Below are positions 18,405-27,005 of a DNA stretch of 64,000 nt, one piece after another (position 1 is the stretch's first letter; the number at the start of each line of letters is the position of its first letter). The notes under the pieces are model-generated. The model saw only the letters and a list, made by a program, of their open reading frames with translations, had not been told where the DNA came from and searched no databases. Position numbers and translations under genes: made by a program. The DNA is from Minisyncoccota bacterium (GTDB lineage: Bacteria; Patescibacteriota; Minisyncoccia; Phycocordibacterales; Phycocordibacteraceae): NCBI GenBank assembly GCA_041663025.1, contig JBAZRE010000002.1:27703-91702 (forward strand), given 5' to 3'.

Positions 18405-21110
18405 ATGCCTCCCTTTAATAATTTCACTACCAAGGCCAAAGAAGCGGTGCGCCGCGCGCACGAACTTGCCATCGAGCGTGGTCAGAATCATGTTTCGCCG
18501 CTCCATCTGCTCGCTGCTCTCGTGCTTCAAGAAGAGTCACTTGTTTTCTCAATGCTTGATCGCATGGAAGTCGACACCGTCATGCTTGCCGATTCTGTGC
18601 TTGAGCACTTAGAGGCGCCAGAGAGTTCCTCGGTTCTCTCTCCTGCATATCAGATTTATCTCACGCCTGATCTCGCACAGGCACTTGAGGCATCGGGGAA
18701 GATTGCGGCGCGTATGAACGATACGTTTGTCGGTACTGAGCACCTTTTCCTCGCTGTTATAGAGCATCCAGGTGGTGCTGCAGATATCCTCACGCGCTTC
18801 TCGATCAATCAGAATGCAGCACTCGCTATACTTAAAGAGTTAAAGAATTCAAAAGACGGTCAGATTGCAGAACCGAAACAATTCCGCGCACTCTCTAAGT
18901 ACGCACGCAACCTCACCAAGCTCGCTGCCGACAATAAACTCGATCCAGTTATTGGTCGCGACAATGAAATCAACCGCGTTATTCAGATCCTCGCGCGCCG
19001 CACCAAGAACAACCCAGTGCTTATCGGCGAAGCAGGAGTCGGGAAGACAGCGATTGCTGAAGGTCTCTCGGCACGCATGGCGACTGGCGACGTCCCTGAA
19101 TCACTCAAGGGCAAGGAGCTTCTCTCGCTCGATCTCGGGCTCATGATCGCGGGCACTAAGTATCGCGGCGAATTCGAAGAACGTATGAAAAATGTGATGA
19201 AGGAGGTGGAGCGAGCAGAAGGGAAGGTGATCCTCTTCGTTGACGAGCTCCACACCCTCGTTGGAGCGGGTGGAGCCGAGGGTTCACTCGATGCGTCGAA
19301 TATGCTCAAGCCCGCTCTCTCTCGCGGTGAAATTCGCGTTATCGGCGCGACAACGTTGAAAGAGTATCAAAAATATATAGAAAAAGATGCGGCACTCACG
19401 CGTCGCTTTCAGTCAGTGTTTGTATCGGAACCGACGGTGGAGGACGGCATTGCCATATTGCGCGGTTTGCGCGACAAATATGAACTCTTCCACGGCGTGC
19501 GCATCACCGACGGTGCTATTGTTGCTGCAGTTGAGCTCTCGTCGCGCTATATCAGTGACCGATTTTTACCGGACAAAGCCATCGATCTTATTGATGAGGC
19601 CGCGAGTGGCTTGCGCATCGCGCTTGAAAACAAACCGCCTCTGCTCGAAGAGACTGATCGCAGGATTCGTCGTTTGGAGATCGAAAAGCAGGCGTTACAG
19701 AAAGATTTGGATGCAACTGCATCCGCCGGGAGCGGATCCGCCTCTGGCGGAAAAGAGATTAAGGAACGCATCAAGGATATCGATAAAGAAGTAGCCGACT
19801 TGAAGGAGAAGACAAGCGAACTTGAGTTGAAGTGGAAAAACGAGAAGGACATATTGACTGGTATTCGCGCTGCCAAGACTGAGCTCGAGTCGCTCAAGAT
19901 TCAAGCAGATAATGCTGAAGCTGCTGCTGATCTCGGTACCGTTGCGGAAATTCGCTATGGCAAGATACCGCATATTCAAAAAGATTTGGAAATGAAATTG
20001 AAGCGATTGAAAACGCTTCAAAAGTCGCGTCGTGTGTTAAACGAAGAAGTGGCTGAGCAGGATATCGCCTCGGTTGTCTCGCGTTGGACCGGTATCCCTG
20101 TCGTGCGCATGCTTGAAGAGGAAGCCGCAAAGCTTGGCCGCATGGAGGATTCTCTCAAAGCGAGCATCATCGGCCAGGATATCGCTGTTAAGAAGGTCAC
20201 CGATGCTGTGAAGCGCTCGCGCGTGGGCATAAGCGATCCTAATCGCCCGATTGGCTCATTCCTCTTCTTGGGGCCCACTGGAGTGGGGAAGACCGAGCTC
20301 TCCAAGAAGCTCGCGGAATTTATGTTTAATGACACCGATGCGCTCGTGCGTATCGACATGAGCGAATTTATGGAGAAGCACTCGGTCGCAAAGCTGATCG
20401 GCGCGCCGCCGGGCTATGTCGGCTATGAAGAATCTGGCACGCTGACCGAGCGTATCCGTCATCGTCCATATGCGGTGGTACTCTTTGATGAAATCGAGAA
20501 GGCACACCCAGAAGTATTCAATATCCTTTTGCAGGTATTAGACTCTGGCCATCTCACTGATGGTAAGGGGCGCAAAGTTAATTTCAAAAACACGATTATC
20601 GTGTTGACCTCTAATATTGGCGGAGAGTTCATCGATCGACTCGCGCATATCGGTTTCGGCACTGCCGGCGCGACTGAGGCGACACAATATGAAGAAACGA
20701 AAATACGCGTGATGGACGCGCTCAAGGAGCACTTCCGCCCAGAGTTCTTAAACCGTCTTGATGACATCATCATCTTTGATGTTCTGACCAAGGAAGCTCT
20801 TGCGAAGATTGTCGACACGCAGGTTGAAGAGGTGAAGAAGCGACTCGCACAGAAGCGTATCGCGCTGGTGATCGAGCCTCCGGTGCACCTCTGGCTCGCA
20901 GACAAAGGGTACAATCCGCAATATGGCGCGCGTCCGCTCCGCCGCACGATCCAAGACAAGATACTCACGCCGCTCGCGACACTCATGGTTGATCAGGGCG
21001 TGACAGAGGGCGGTACGGTGACGGTCTCTCTCAAGAATGGCGAACCGCATTTTGAGGTGAAGAAGAAACGCGCGCCTTCGGCGCGCGCAAAAGCGGACGC
21101 GATTGCGTAA
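18405..21110 (+). CDS. clpB: ATP-dependent chaperone ClpB
   Basis: Clp N-domain, two AAA+ modules ([16 protein letters not shown]) and a long middle coiled-coil. 901 aa. Confidence 0.95.
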   Translation: MPPFNNFTTKAKEAVRRAHELAIERGQNHVSPLHLLAALVLQEESLVFSMLDRMEVDTVMLADSVLEHLEAPESSSVLSPAYQIYLTPDLAQALEASGKIAARMNDTFVGTEHLFLAVIEHPGGAADILTRFSINQNAALAILKELKNSKDGQIAEPKQFRALSKYARNLTKLAADNKLDPVIGRDNEINRVIQILARRTKNNPVLIGEAGVGKTAIAEGLSARMATGDVPESLKGKELLSLDLGLMIAGTKYRGEFEERMKNVMKEVERAEGKVILFVDELHTLVGAGGAEGSLDASNMLKPALSRGEIRVIGATTLKEYQKYIEKDAALTRRFQSVFVSEPTVEDGIAILRGLRDKYELFHGVRITDGAIVAAVELSSRYISDRFLPDKAIDLIDEAASGLRIALENKPPLLEETDRRIRRLEIEKQALQKDLDATASAGSGSASGGKEIKERIKDIDKEVADLKEKTSELELKWKNEKDILTGIRAAKTELESLKIQADNAEAAADLGTVAEIRYGKIPHIQKDLEMKLKRLKTLQKSRRVLNEEVAEQDIASVVSRWTGIPVVRMLEEEAAKLGRMEDSLKASIIGQDIAVKKVTDAVKRSRVGISDPNRPIGSFLFLGPTGVGKTELSKKLAEFMFNDTDALVRIDMSEFMEKHSVAKLIGAPPGYVGYEESGTLTERIRHRPYAVVLFDEIEKAHPEVFNILLQVLDSGHLTDGKGRKVNFKNTIIVLTSNIGGEFIDRLAHIGFGTAGATEATQYEETKIRVMDALKEHFRPEFLNRLDDIIIFDVLTKEALAKIVDTQVEEVKKRLAQKRIALVIEPPVHLWLADKGYNPQYGARPLRRTIQDKILTPLATLMVDQGVTEGGTVTVSLKNGEPHFEVKKKRAPSARAKADAIA

Positions 21111-21137
21111 AAGTCCCGTATCTGCTAGATTTCTCAT

Positions 21138-21308
21138 ATGTCACAAGAACGTCTTATCCGGATGCAATCATCCGCCTCAAAACATATATTGATTGTCCAC
21201 AAAAACAAGAAGAAAGTGGAGCGCAAAATTGCATTGAAAAAATATGACCCAATTGCTCGGAAACGTGTAGCTTATAAAGAAATCAAGTGGAAAGGCAAGG
21301 GAGGATGA
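21138..21308 (+). CDS. rpmG: 50S ribosomal protein L33
   Basis: 56-aa ORF missed by the ORF track (<60 aa). SSASKH..KNKKK..KIALKKYDPIARKRVAYKEIK aligns with the L33 consensus ([32 protein letters not shown]). Confidence 0.7.
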   Translation: MSQERLIRMQSSASKHILIVHKNKKKVERKIALKKYDPIARKRVAYKEIKWKGKGG

Positions 21309-21314
21309 CAAATC

Positions 21315-21346
21315 AAAAACCGCCTCGTCAACGAGGCGGTTTTTGA
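21315..21346 (+). terminator. rho-independent terminator
   Basis: aaaaaccgcctcg-tcaa-cgaggcggttttt, downstream of clpB and rpmG. Confidence 0.65.
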
Positions 21347-21348
21347 TT

Positions 21349-21424
21349 TGGCGGGCCCACCAGGACTCGAACCTGGAGTCGCTCGGTTTGGAGCCGAGAA
21401 TTTTAGCCTTTAAACTATGGACCC
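21349..21424 (-). tRNA. tRNA-Trp (anticodon CCA)
   Basis: Manual cloverleaf. Acceptor GGGTCCA/TGGGCCC, anticodon stem CTCGG/CCGAG with loop CTCCAAA, T-loop GGTTCGAGTCC. CCA is encoded. Confidence 0.85.
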
Positions 21425-21433
21425 TTTCTCAAC

Positions 21434-22096
21434 TCACTTTATCACATTTTCTAGGAAAGCTCTCGCTACGGCGCAGACCTTCCGAGAGACATAAACATCG
21501 TAGTACATAACATGTATACAACCCGGGTATCCTTCTTTGGTGTTTTTCCCCGTATGAGGTTTCCAATATGTTTGTCGGAATTGGCTCTGCGGAATTTCAG
21601 TTATCACTGACCAAAACCGTTTTTGCACATTCTCATTGTGGTATTCGTGAAGATGCATTCTCACTCGAAACTTTCGTTCGTCGAGTTCAAATGCGGTACG
21701 CATAAGTTTCAAGAACGCTTGGACAAGGACCGGATCAGAATTAGTAAAAGTGAACGTCTTATCATTAAGAGTTTTTGCTCCTTCGCACCAGTAGAGGAGT
21801 GAGCAAGTCACGAGGGCTGTGTATTTATCGAAATTCATTTTCTCGATAATGTCTATGGATTCATTTCGAATACGAAGTAGATTTTGCTGCGTTTTTGCCA
21901 TCTTTGATTTTCTGGCTGCTTTTTGCCCCGCGGTCTGTAGGGAAGCGATTCTCTCTTGTGCCTTAGGAGGCAGATCAAGATCTTTTACCCAGAGCGAAAC
22001 GGAACTTTTGGCAACCCCAAGTCTCGCAACTATCTCGTTGAACGTCTTGCCTTGTCGGCGAAGTCGAATCGCCTGTTCCTTTTCTTTCAATTTCAT
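21434..22096 (-). CDS. HTH-domain protein (resolvase/sigma-r4-like N-terminal HTH); weak LAGLIDADG-like motif
   Basis: N-terminal FNEIVARLGVAKSSVSLWVK is an HTH. The LLYWCEGAK motif is loosely LAGLIDADG-like, at low confidence. Confidence 0.45.
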   Translation of the reverse strand: MKLKEKEQAIRLRRQGKTFNEIVARLGVAKSSVSLWVKDLDLPPKAQERIASLQTAGQKAARKSKMAKTQQNLLRIRNESIDIIEKMNFDKYTALVTCSLLYWCEGAKTLNDKTFTFTNSDPVLVQAFLKLMRTAFELDERKFRVRMHLHEYHNENVQKRFWSVITEIPQSQFRQTYWKPHTGKNTKEGYPGCIHVMYYDVYVSRKVCAVARAFLENVIK

Positions 22097-22182
22097 GTAC
22101 TCATTTTAACATGCACAAGACCGTCTCTTTGATATGTGTGGGGAAAGCCGCCCCAAGCTGCAGCGAGGGGCGGTATGATGTA

Positions 22183-23301
22183 GATATGCGTTCTCGCGCT
22201 CCTTTATTCGCATTCCTGTTGGTAGTGGTTTCTTTTGCATTGCCGCTCGCCGCGCATGCGGCGATACCGTTTTTTGGGCCGATTATCCCTCCACAAAGCG
22301 TAACTGGTGTAGCTGGTTCAGATGTTTGTGCTGCTGGGTGGGGGATGATCATTATTGTCATAAATAACATCATCAGCTTCCTCATCACGATTGCGATTGT
22401 ATTCGTCGCGCCGCTCACCATCGCCTACGCCGGTTTTCTCTATGTTGTGAATCCGATGAATCCGAGCGGCATTACGAAAGCGAAAGGTATTTTATGGAAT
22501 ACCGTCATCGGCATTGTTGTCGCCCTTGCCGGCTGGATGATTGTGGATGCTGTGATGGCAGTGCTTTATAACTCAACGGCTCCTGTTTCTGATGGCAGCA
22601 CTCTCGAAACATGGTCAAACATAATAAATTGGAATGGTAATCCATGTTTGATTCAAGCAGGGTCAATGAAGGATTTAAAGCAGGCGGTGCCTACAGCCGG
22701 TGTTACCGTGGTCACGCCACAAACTGGCACGACTATTTCGACAGTTGGTCCGAGCGGGCAATCAGTCACCGTTTCATTTGCGCCGACGCAATCTAATGCG
22801 AGTCTCCAAGCTGGTTATACCGCAGCGAGTGCGTATAGTGCACAGATAGCAAGCGCGTGCAGTGCGAGCACCATTCCAAACTGTACAACAGTCATCACTG
22901 CGCTCATCGCGGCGGAATCAGGAGGAAAGCCGACCACAGGATGTAATTCATCGGGATCGTGCGGCATCATGCAACTCACACAAGCGAATGGAGGAACGAG
23001 TTGCGCATCAACCAACACTGTGTGTATCAGTACGCAAATAACCAAAGGGGTCCAACTCTTTCAGAAGGGATACAATAAATTCCCGAATATCCCGAACGCA
23101 CTTGCAGCGTACAATAGTGGTGGCACTACGCAGGCAAGGCAGAGCGCAAGCGGATTGAACTCCGCCATGGTATCTAGCGTAAATTGCCAAGGCTATTACG
23201 CATGGCAATGCCCGATTAATCCAGGCGGTCTCGTAGAGACGCAAAACTATGTCGCAAATATTTGCAAAAACATTGCCTCGCACGGAGGTACGTGCAACTA
23301 G
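22183..23301 (+). CDS. secreted two-TM (TrbC/VirB2 pilin-like) domain fused to lytic transglycosylase (SLT) domain
   Basis: Signal peptide and two hydrophobic helices. C-terminal AAESGGKPT..GSCGIMQLT..AAYNSGG matches SLT motifs (ES, GLMQ, AYNAG). Confidence 0.55.
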   Translation, partial: DMRSRAPLFAFLLVVVSFALPLAAHAAIPFFGPIIPPQSVTGVAGSDVCAAGWGMIIIVINNIISFLITIAIVFVAPLTIAYAGFLYVVNPMNPSGITKAKGILWNTVIGIVVALAGWMIVDAVMAVLYNSTAPVSDGSTLETWSNIINWNGNPCLIQAGSMKDLKQAVPTAGVTVVTPQTGTTISTVGPSGQSVTVSFAPTQSNASLQAGYTAASAYSAQIASACSASTIPNCTTVITALIAAESGGKPTTGCNSSGSCGIMQLTQANGGTSCASTNTVCISTQITKGVQLFQKGYNKFPNIPNALAAYNSGGTTQARQSASGLNSAMVSSVNCQGYYAWQCPINPGGLVETQNYVANICKNIASHGGTCN

Positions 23302-24194
23302 TTTTCGTCGAGGAGCTTACGAAGCCACGCTTTTTGACGACGGGCATACTGCCAGAGTTTGGCGGAGAGTGTTTCGATAAGCAACTTAGGGGTCGGACCC
23401 CCAAGTGAGAGATCGGCTCCTGAGTTGAGAAATTCGCCAACGATTTTGTATTCAAGACCTAGTTCGTTGAGGCGAGTGTCGCCGACTTGCTCGCGCACAC
23501 GCCGGACTTCATCAATGAGTCCGCGCTCGAGTGCGTTCACGAGGCGTGCGTCAATCCGCGCGCGCAATTCTTCTTTCGGTAGGTCAATCACGATCCAATC
23601 TACAGACAACAAGGGTGCCCCTTGCAGCAAGGGGCACCCTTGTTTTGAATCGCGCGCGGGGACTGAGCCGAGAGAGTTGATGATCTCAAGAGCGCGGATA
23701 AGACGGCGGCGATTCTGCGGATCGAGCTCGGCGGCGCGGCGCGGATCCTGTTCTCTAATTCGCGCGAATAGTTCTTCAGTTGGGAGCTTTTCAAGTTCAT
23801 CACGCAATGCGGGATTTGCATCAGTGCCCATCGGGAGGCCGTGCAGAAGCGCGTCAAAGTAGAAGTGTGTTCCGCCCGCCAAAATGGGTAGTCTTCCACG
23901 TGCTGAAATATCTTTTATGAGCTTCGTGGCGTCCTCAACAAATTCTCCAGCGGAATACCTTTGGGCGGGCTCGCGAATATCAATCAGATGATGCGGTACT
24001 CCACGCATCTCTTCTTTGGTAATTTTCTCCGTGCCGATGTCTAAGCCGCGATATACTTGTCGCGAGTCAACCGAAATGATCTCTCCGTTTTGCTTCAAAG
24101 CTTCTTCGACCGCGCGCGCAGATTTACCCGAGGCAGTCGGCCCCGCGATGCATAAAATCTTTATTGGATGTGATAGTGACATTTTTGAATCCAT
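23298..24194 (-). CDS. miaA: tRNA dimethylallyltransferase
   Basis: P-loop GPTASGKS and DSRQVYRGLDIGTEK. The N-terminal extension in the ORF track overlaps tRNA-Leu, so the start was trimmed to MDSKMSL. Confidence 0.85.
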   Translation of the reverse strand: MDSKMSLSHPIKILCIAGPTASGKSARAVEEALKQNGEIISVDSRQVYRGLDIGTEKITKEEMRGVPHHLIDIREPAQRYSAGEFVEDATKLIKDISARGRLPILAGGTHFYFDALLHGLPMGTDANPALRDELEKLPTEELFARIREQDPRRAAELDPQNRRRLIRALEIINSLGSVPARDSKQGCPLLQGAPLLSVDWIVIDLPKEELRARIDARLVNALERGLIDEVRRVREQVGDTRLNELGLEYKIVGEFLNSGADLSLGGPTPKLLIETLSAKLWQYARRQKAWLRKLLDEN

Positions 24195-24214
24195 CGCGCC
24201 CCAGCACGAAAACG

Positions 24215-24299
24215 CTGGTGCTGAAGGTGGGAATCGAACCCACAACCCTTGCGGGACACGATTTTGAGTCGTGCGCGTATACCAATTCCGCCACTTCAG
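24215..24299 (-). tRNA. tRNA-Leu (anticodon CAA), type II with long variable arm
   Basis: Acceptor GCTGAAG/CTTCAGC, anticodon stem CACGA/TCGTG with loop CTCAAAA, variable arm CCCGCAAGGG, T-loop GGTTCGATTCC. CCA is encoded. Confidence 0.85.
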
Positions 24300-24415
24300 C
24301 GTTTTCATGCGGGGCACGTCTACCAATTTTTACCCCGTACCAAATGTCTTCATTTGGTGTGGGGCCGCCATCCCTACATGTGGATTGTAGGATACCATAT
24401 GTTAAAATTATTTAT

Positions 24416-25396
24416 ATGCATGAGGATACTGGTTACGTGCCGACCAAATATGACTCAGTTTTTTGGATTGATCTCGACCGCATTCAACCCAACCCTTATC
24501 AGCCGCGGCGAGATTTCAGCGAAGAAGGCCTCAGATCGCTCGCTGAGAGTATTCGCCAATATGGGGTGCTGCAGCCGCTCGTCGTGAGCCGCACTGACGT
24601 CGAGAAGCCCGAGGGCGGTCTCGAGAGTCTCTATGAGCTTATTGCAGGTGAGCGCCGTCTACGCGCCTCGAAGCTCGCCGGTCTCAGACAGGTGCCCGTG
24701 GTAATCCGCCATGGCGATACGAATCTCACCAAGCTTGAGCTCGCCATTATTGAGAACTTGCAGAGAGAAGATCTCAACGCGATTGATCGTGCGAAGGCTC
24801 TCAAGAAGCTCATTGATGAATTTGGTATCTCGCACGCCGAGACTGCGGCAAAGATCGGCAAGAGTCGTGAATATGTCTCAAACTCACTCCGCCTTCTTTC
24901 GTTGCCAGAGCACATGCAGAGCGCCATCGTGGGGAAGGAGATCAGCGAGGGACATGCGCGGGCGCTTCTTGGGCTTCATGATCGCCCTGAAGAGCTTGAG
25001 ACTACATTTAAGGAAATAATATTGAAGCGTTTACCGGTTCGTGCCGTTGAGCGTATTGTGCGCTCTATCGCGCAAGAGCGCGTTCGCAAGCACCATCGCA
25101 AGACGCCTGAGATGATTGAGCTCGAGAAATCACTTACCGAAACCTTAGGCACGCGCGTTATTATTGAAACGAATGCGGAAGGCGGCCGATTGCTTATCGA
25201 CTTCTTCTCGCCTGACGATCTCTCAGCTCTTGTGGCATCGATTGCGGCGAGCTCGGCCTCGTCATCAACAGCTGAATTGTCTTCGACAGAAGCAGGAGAA
25301 TTCCCCAACACTTCTCAAATTGATCTTATTGCTCCTGCGGCGCCTGAAGAGGCAGATGATGATGAACTATATTCCGTGACTAATTTTTCGGTTTAA
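24416..25396 (+). CDS. parB: ParB/Spo0J-family partition protein
   Basis: ParB N-terminal box (GERRLRASKLAGLRQVPVVIR) and an HTH. Acidic/Ser-rich C-terminal tail. No adjacent parA. Confidence 0.8.
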   Translation: MHEDTGYVPTKYDSVFWIDLDRIQPNPYQPRRDFSEEGLRSLAESIRQYGVLQPLVVSRTDVEKPEGGLESLYELIAGERRLRASKLAGLRQVPVVIRHGDTNLTKLELAIIENLQREDLNAIDRAKALKKLIDEFGISHAETAAKIGKSREYVSNSLRLLSLPEHMQSAIVGKEISEGHARALLGLHDRPEELETTFKEIILKRLPVRAVERIVRSIAQERVRKHHRKTPEMIELEKSLTETLGTRVIIETNAEGGRLLIDFFSPDDLSALVASIAASSASSSTAELSSTEAGEFPNTSQIDLIAPAAPEEADDDELYSVTNFSV

Positions 25397-26971
25397 AATA
25401 AATTTTCTTTTTCGACGAGCAGGCTTAGCCGGCTCGGTCATGCCAAGCGCATTTCGAATATGTCGGCGTGCGAGTGAGGTGCGTGCGATCTCAAGCCACT
25501 TGGATGATGGGTGTGCAGAATCGCGTCTGATGATCTCGACAACCGCACCATTATCAAGCTTCGTGTCGAATGAGACGAGCTTCTCATTCACCTTCGCCCC
25601 TTGGAGATGGTTCCCAAGATCGCTATGTATCGCGTAGGCGAAGTCAATCGGTGTTGATTCTGCGGGGAGGTCAATCACATCGCCATTCGGGGTAAATACG
25701 AATACACGATGGGAGAAGAAATCCTCCTTTAATCCCTCAACAAACTCTTCAGATCCCGCAACGTCACTATGAGCTTCAGCGAGCTCTGCGAGCCATGGCG
25801 GGACCTTCACTGCGCCGGTAACTTCACTCCTCTTTTCTGACACCTTCATTAGTGAAGGGATAAGCGAGCGAACCCATGGGAATGAGAGGGAAGAAAACAT
25901 ATTTTTCTGAACCACTTTATCGAGCTTCTCGACTCTTTTACCGAGCTGTTTGTAGGACATGTGCGAAGCAATACCGAACGATGCACGTCGATGCATCTCC
26001 TCGGTGCGAATCTGAATCTCGACAATACCTGCTTCAGGCGTCACGACGGTCGTATGGAGTGATTGATAGCCGTTCGGCTTCGGGAAGGCTATATAATCTT
26101 TAAATTCGCCCGGCAATGGTTTATAGAGTGCATGCACAATCCCGAGCGTCGCATAACAATCTTCAATCTTCGGTACGACAATGCGCAGAGCGGCAATATC
26201 GTGGATGAGACTAATGTCGTCATGTTTTCTTTTAAGTTTTTCATGTAGACTCCACAAGCCCTTCATACGAATATCGGTACGAAATATAGTTAGACCCTTT
26301 TTAGCCAATTCTTTTTTAAGTTCCTTTTGCACATCTGCAAGGCCGACCTCAGTCTCCTGCGTTTTCAACTTACGAACTTCTGCAGCATGCGATGCTGCGT
26401 CAGGATCTACATAAGGGAAGGCGAGATCCTCAAGGAGACTTTTCATTTTCCCCATCCCGAGACGATCGGCAATTGGGGCATAGATCTCAAGTGTCTCAAG
26501 CGCGATACGTCGACGCTTTGACTCAGGCACGTGCTGAAGTGTCTGCATGTTGTGTTTGCGATCGGCGAGCTTCACGATTAAAACTCGAATATCGCTTGCC
26601 GTTGCGACCAGTAAACGTCTGAGCGATTCGGCATGGCGTTCAGCGCCGCGATATTTATGTCTGCCAAGTTTAGTGACGCCATCGACTATGAACGATACTT
26701 CTTTGCCGAATTCTTTTTCAATCTCTTTCTGCTCGATGCAGCCATCTTCAACAGCATCGTGGAGAAGCCCTGCGGCGATTGTCGTCGCGTCCATGTCATA
26801 TTCCGCAAGTATCTTTGCGGTCGCTGCGGGGTGGATAAAATAGGGTTCGCCCGAATGGCGTTCGCGGCCCTCATGCGCCTTCTTCGACACCTCGTATGCC
26901 TTCTCGATAAGGGCGACATCCTCAGCTGATGGATTAGACATCTCGCCAATAATCTCCTTGACGGTGGTCAT
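25367..26971 (-). CDS. rel: RelA/SpoT-homolog (p)ppGpp synthetase/hydrolase, short form
   Basis: HD hydrolase domain (HDAVED), synthetase domain (RIVVPKIED..YQSLHTTV) and TGS domain. No ACT domain. Confidence 0.85.
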   Translation of the reverse strand: MTTVKEIIGEMSNPSAEDVALIEKAYEVSKKAHEGRERHSGEPYFIHPAATAKILAEYDMDATTIAAGLLHDAVEDGCIEQKEIEKEFGKEVSFIVDGVTKLGRHKYRGAERHAESLRRLLVATASDIRVLIVKLADRKHNMQTLQHVPESKRRRIALETLEIYAPIADRLGMGKMKSLLEDLAFPYVDPDAASHAAEVRKLKTQETEVGLADVQKELKKELAKKGLTIFRTDIRMKGLWSLHEKLKRKHDDISLIHDIAALRIVVPKIEDCYATLGIVHALYKPLPGEFKDYIAFPKPNGYQSLHTTVVTPEAGIVEIQIRTEEMHRRASFGIASHMSYKQLGKRVEKLDKVVQKNMFSSLSFPWVRSLIPSLMKVSEKRSEVTGAVKVPPWLAELAEAHSDVAGSEEFVEGLKEDFFSHRVFVFTPNGDVIDLPAESTPIDFAYAIHSDLGNHLQGAKVNEKLVSFDTKLDNGAVVEIIRRDSAHPSSKWLEIARTSLARRHIRNALGMTEPAKPARRKRKFILNRKISHGI

Positions 26972-27005
26972 GAGGAGTACTATACACCCATGTCTTGTGT
27001 CTTGC

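Noticed and set aside
21434-22096. LAGLIDADG homing endonuclease call for the HTH protein next to tRNA-Trp
   Set aside because: Only one loose LLYWCEGAK motif and no second LAGLIDADG repeat could be recognised. Kept as an HTH protein of unknown function.
24164-24415. N-terminal 84-codon extension of the parB ORF and N-terminal extension of miaA (24195-24326)
   Set aside because: Both extensions run across tRNA-Leu(CAA). The conserved ParB and MiaA sequences begin at internal ATGs (24416 and 24194).
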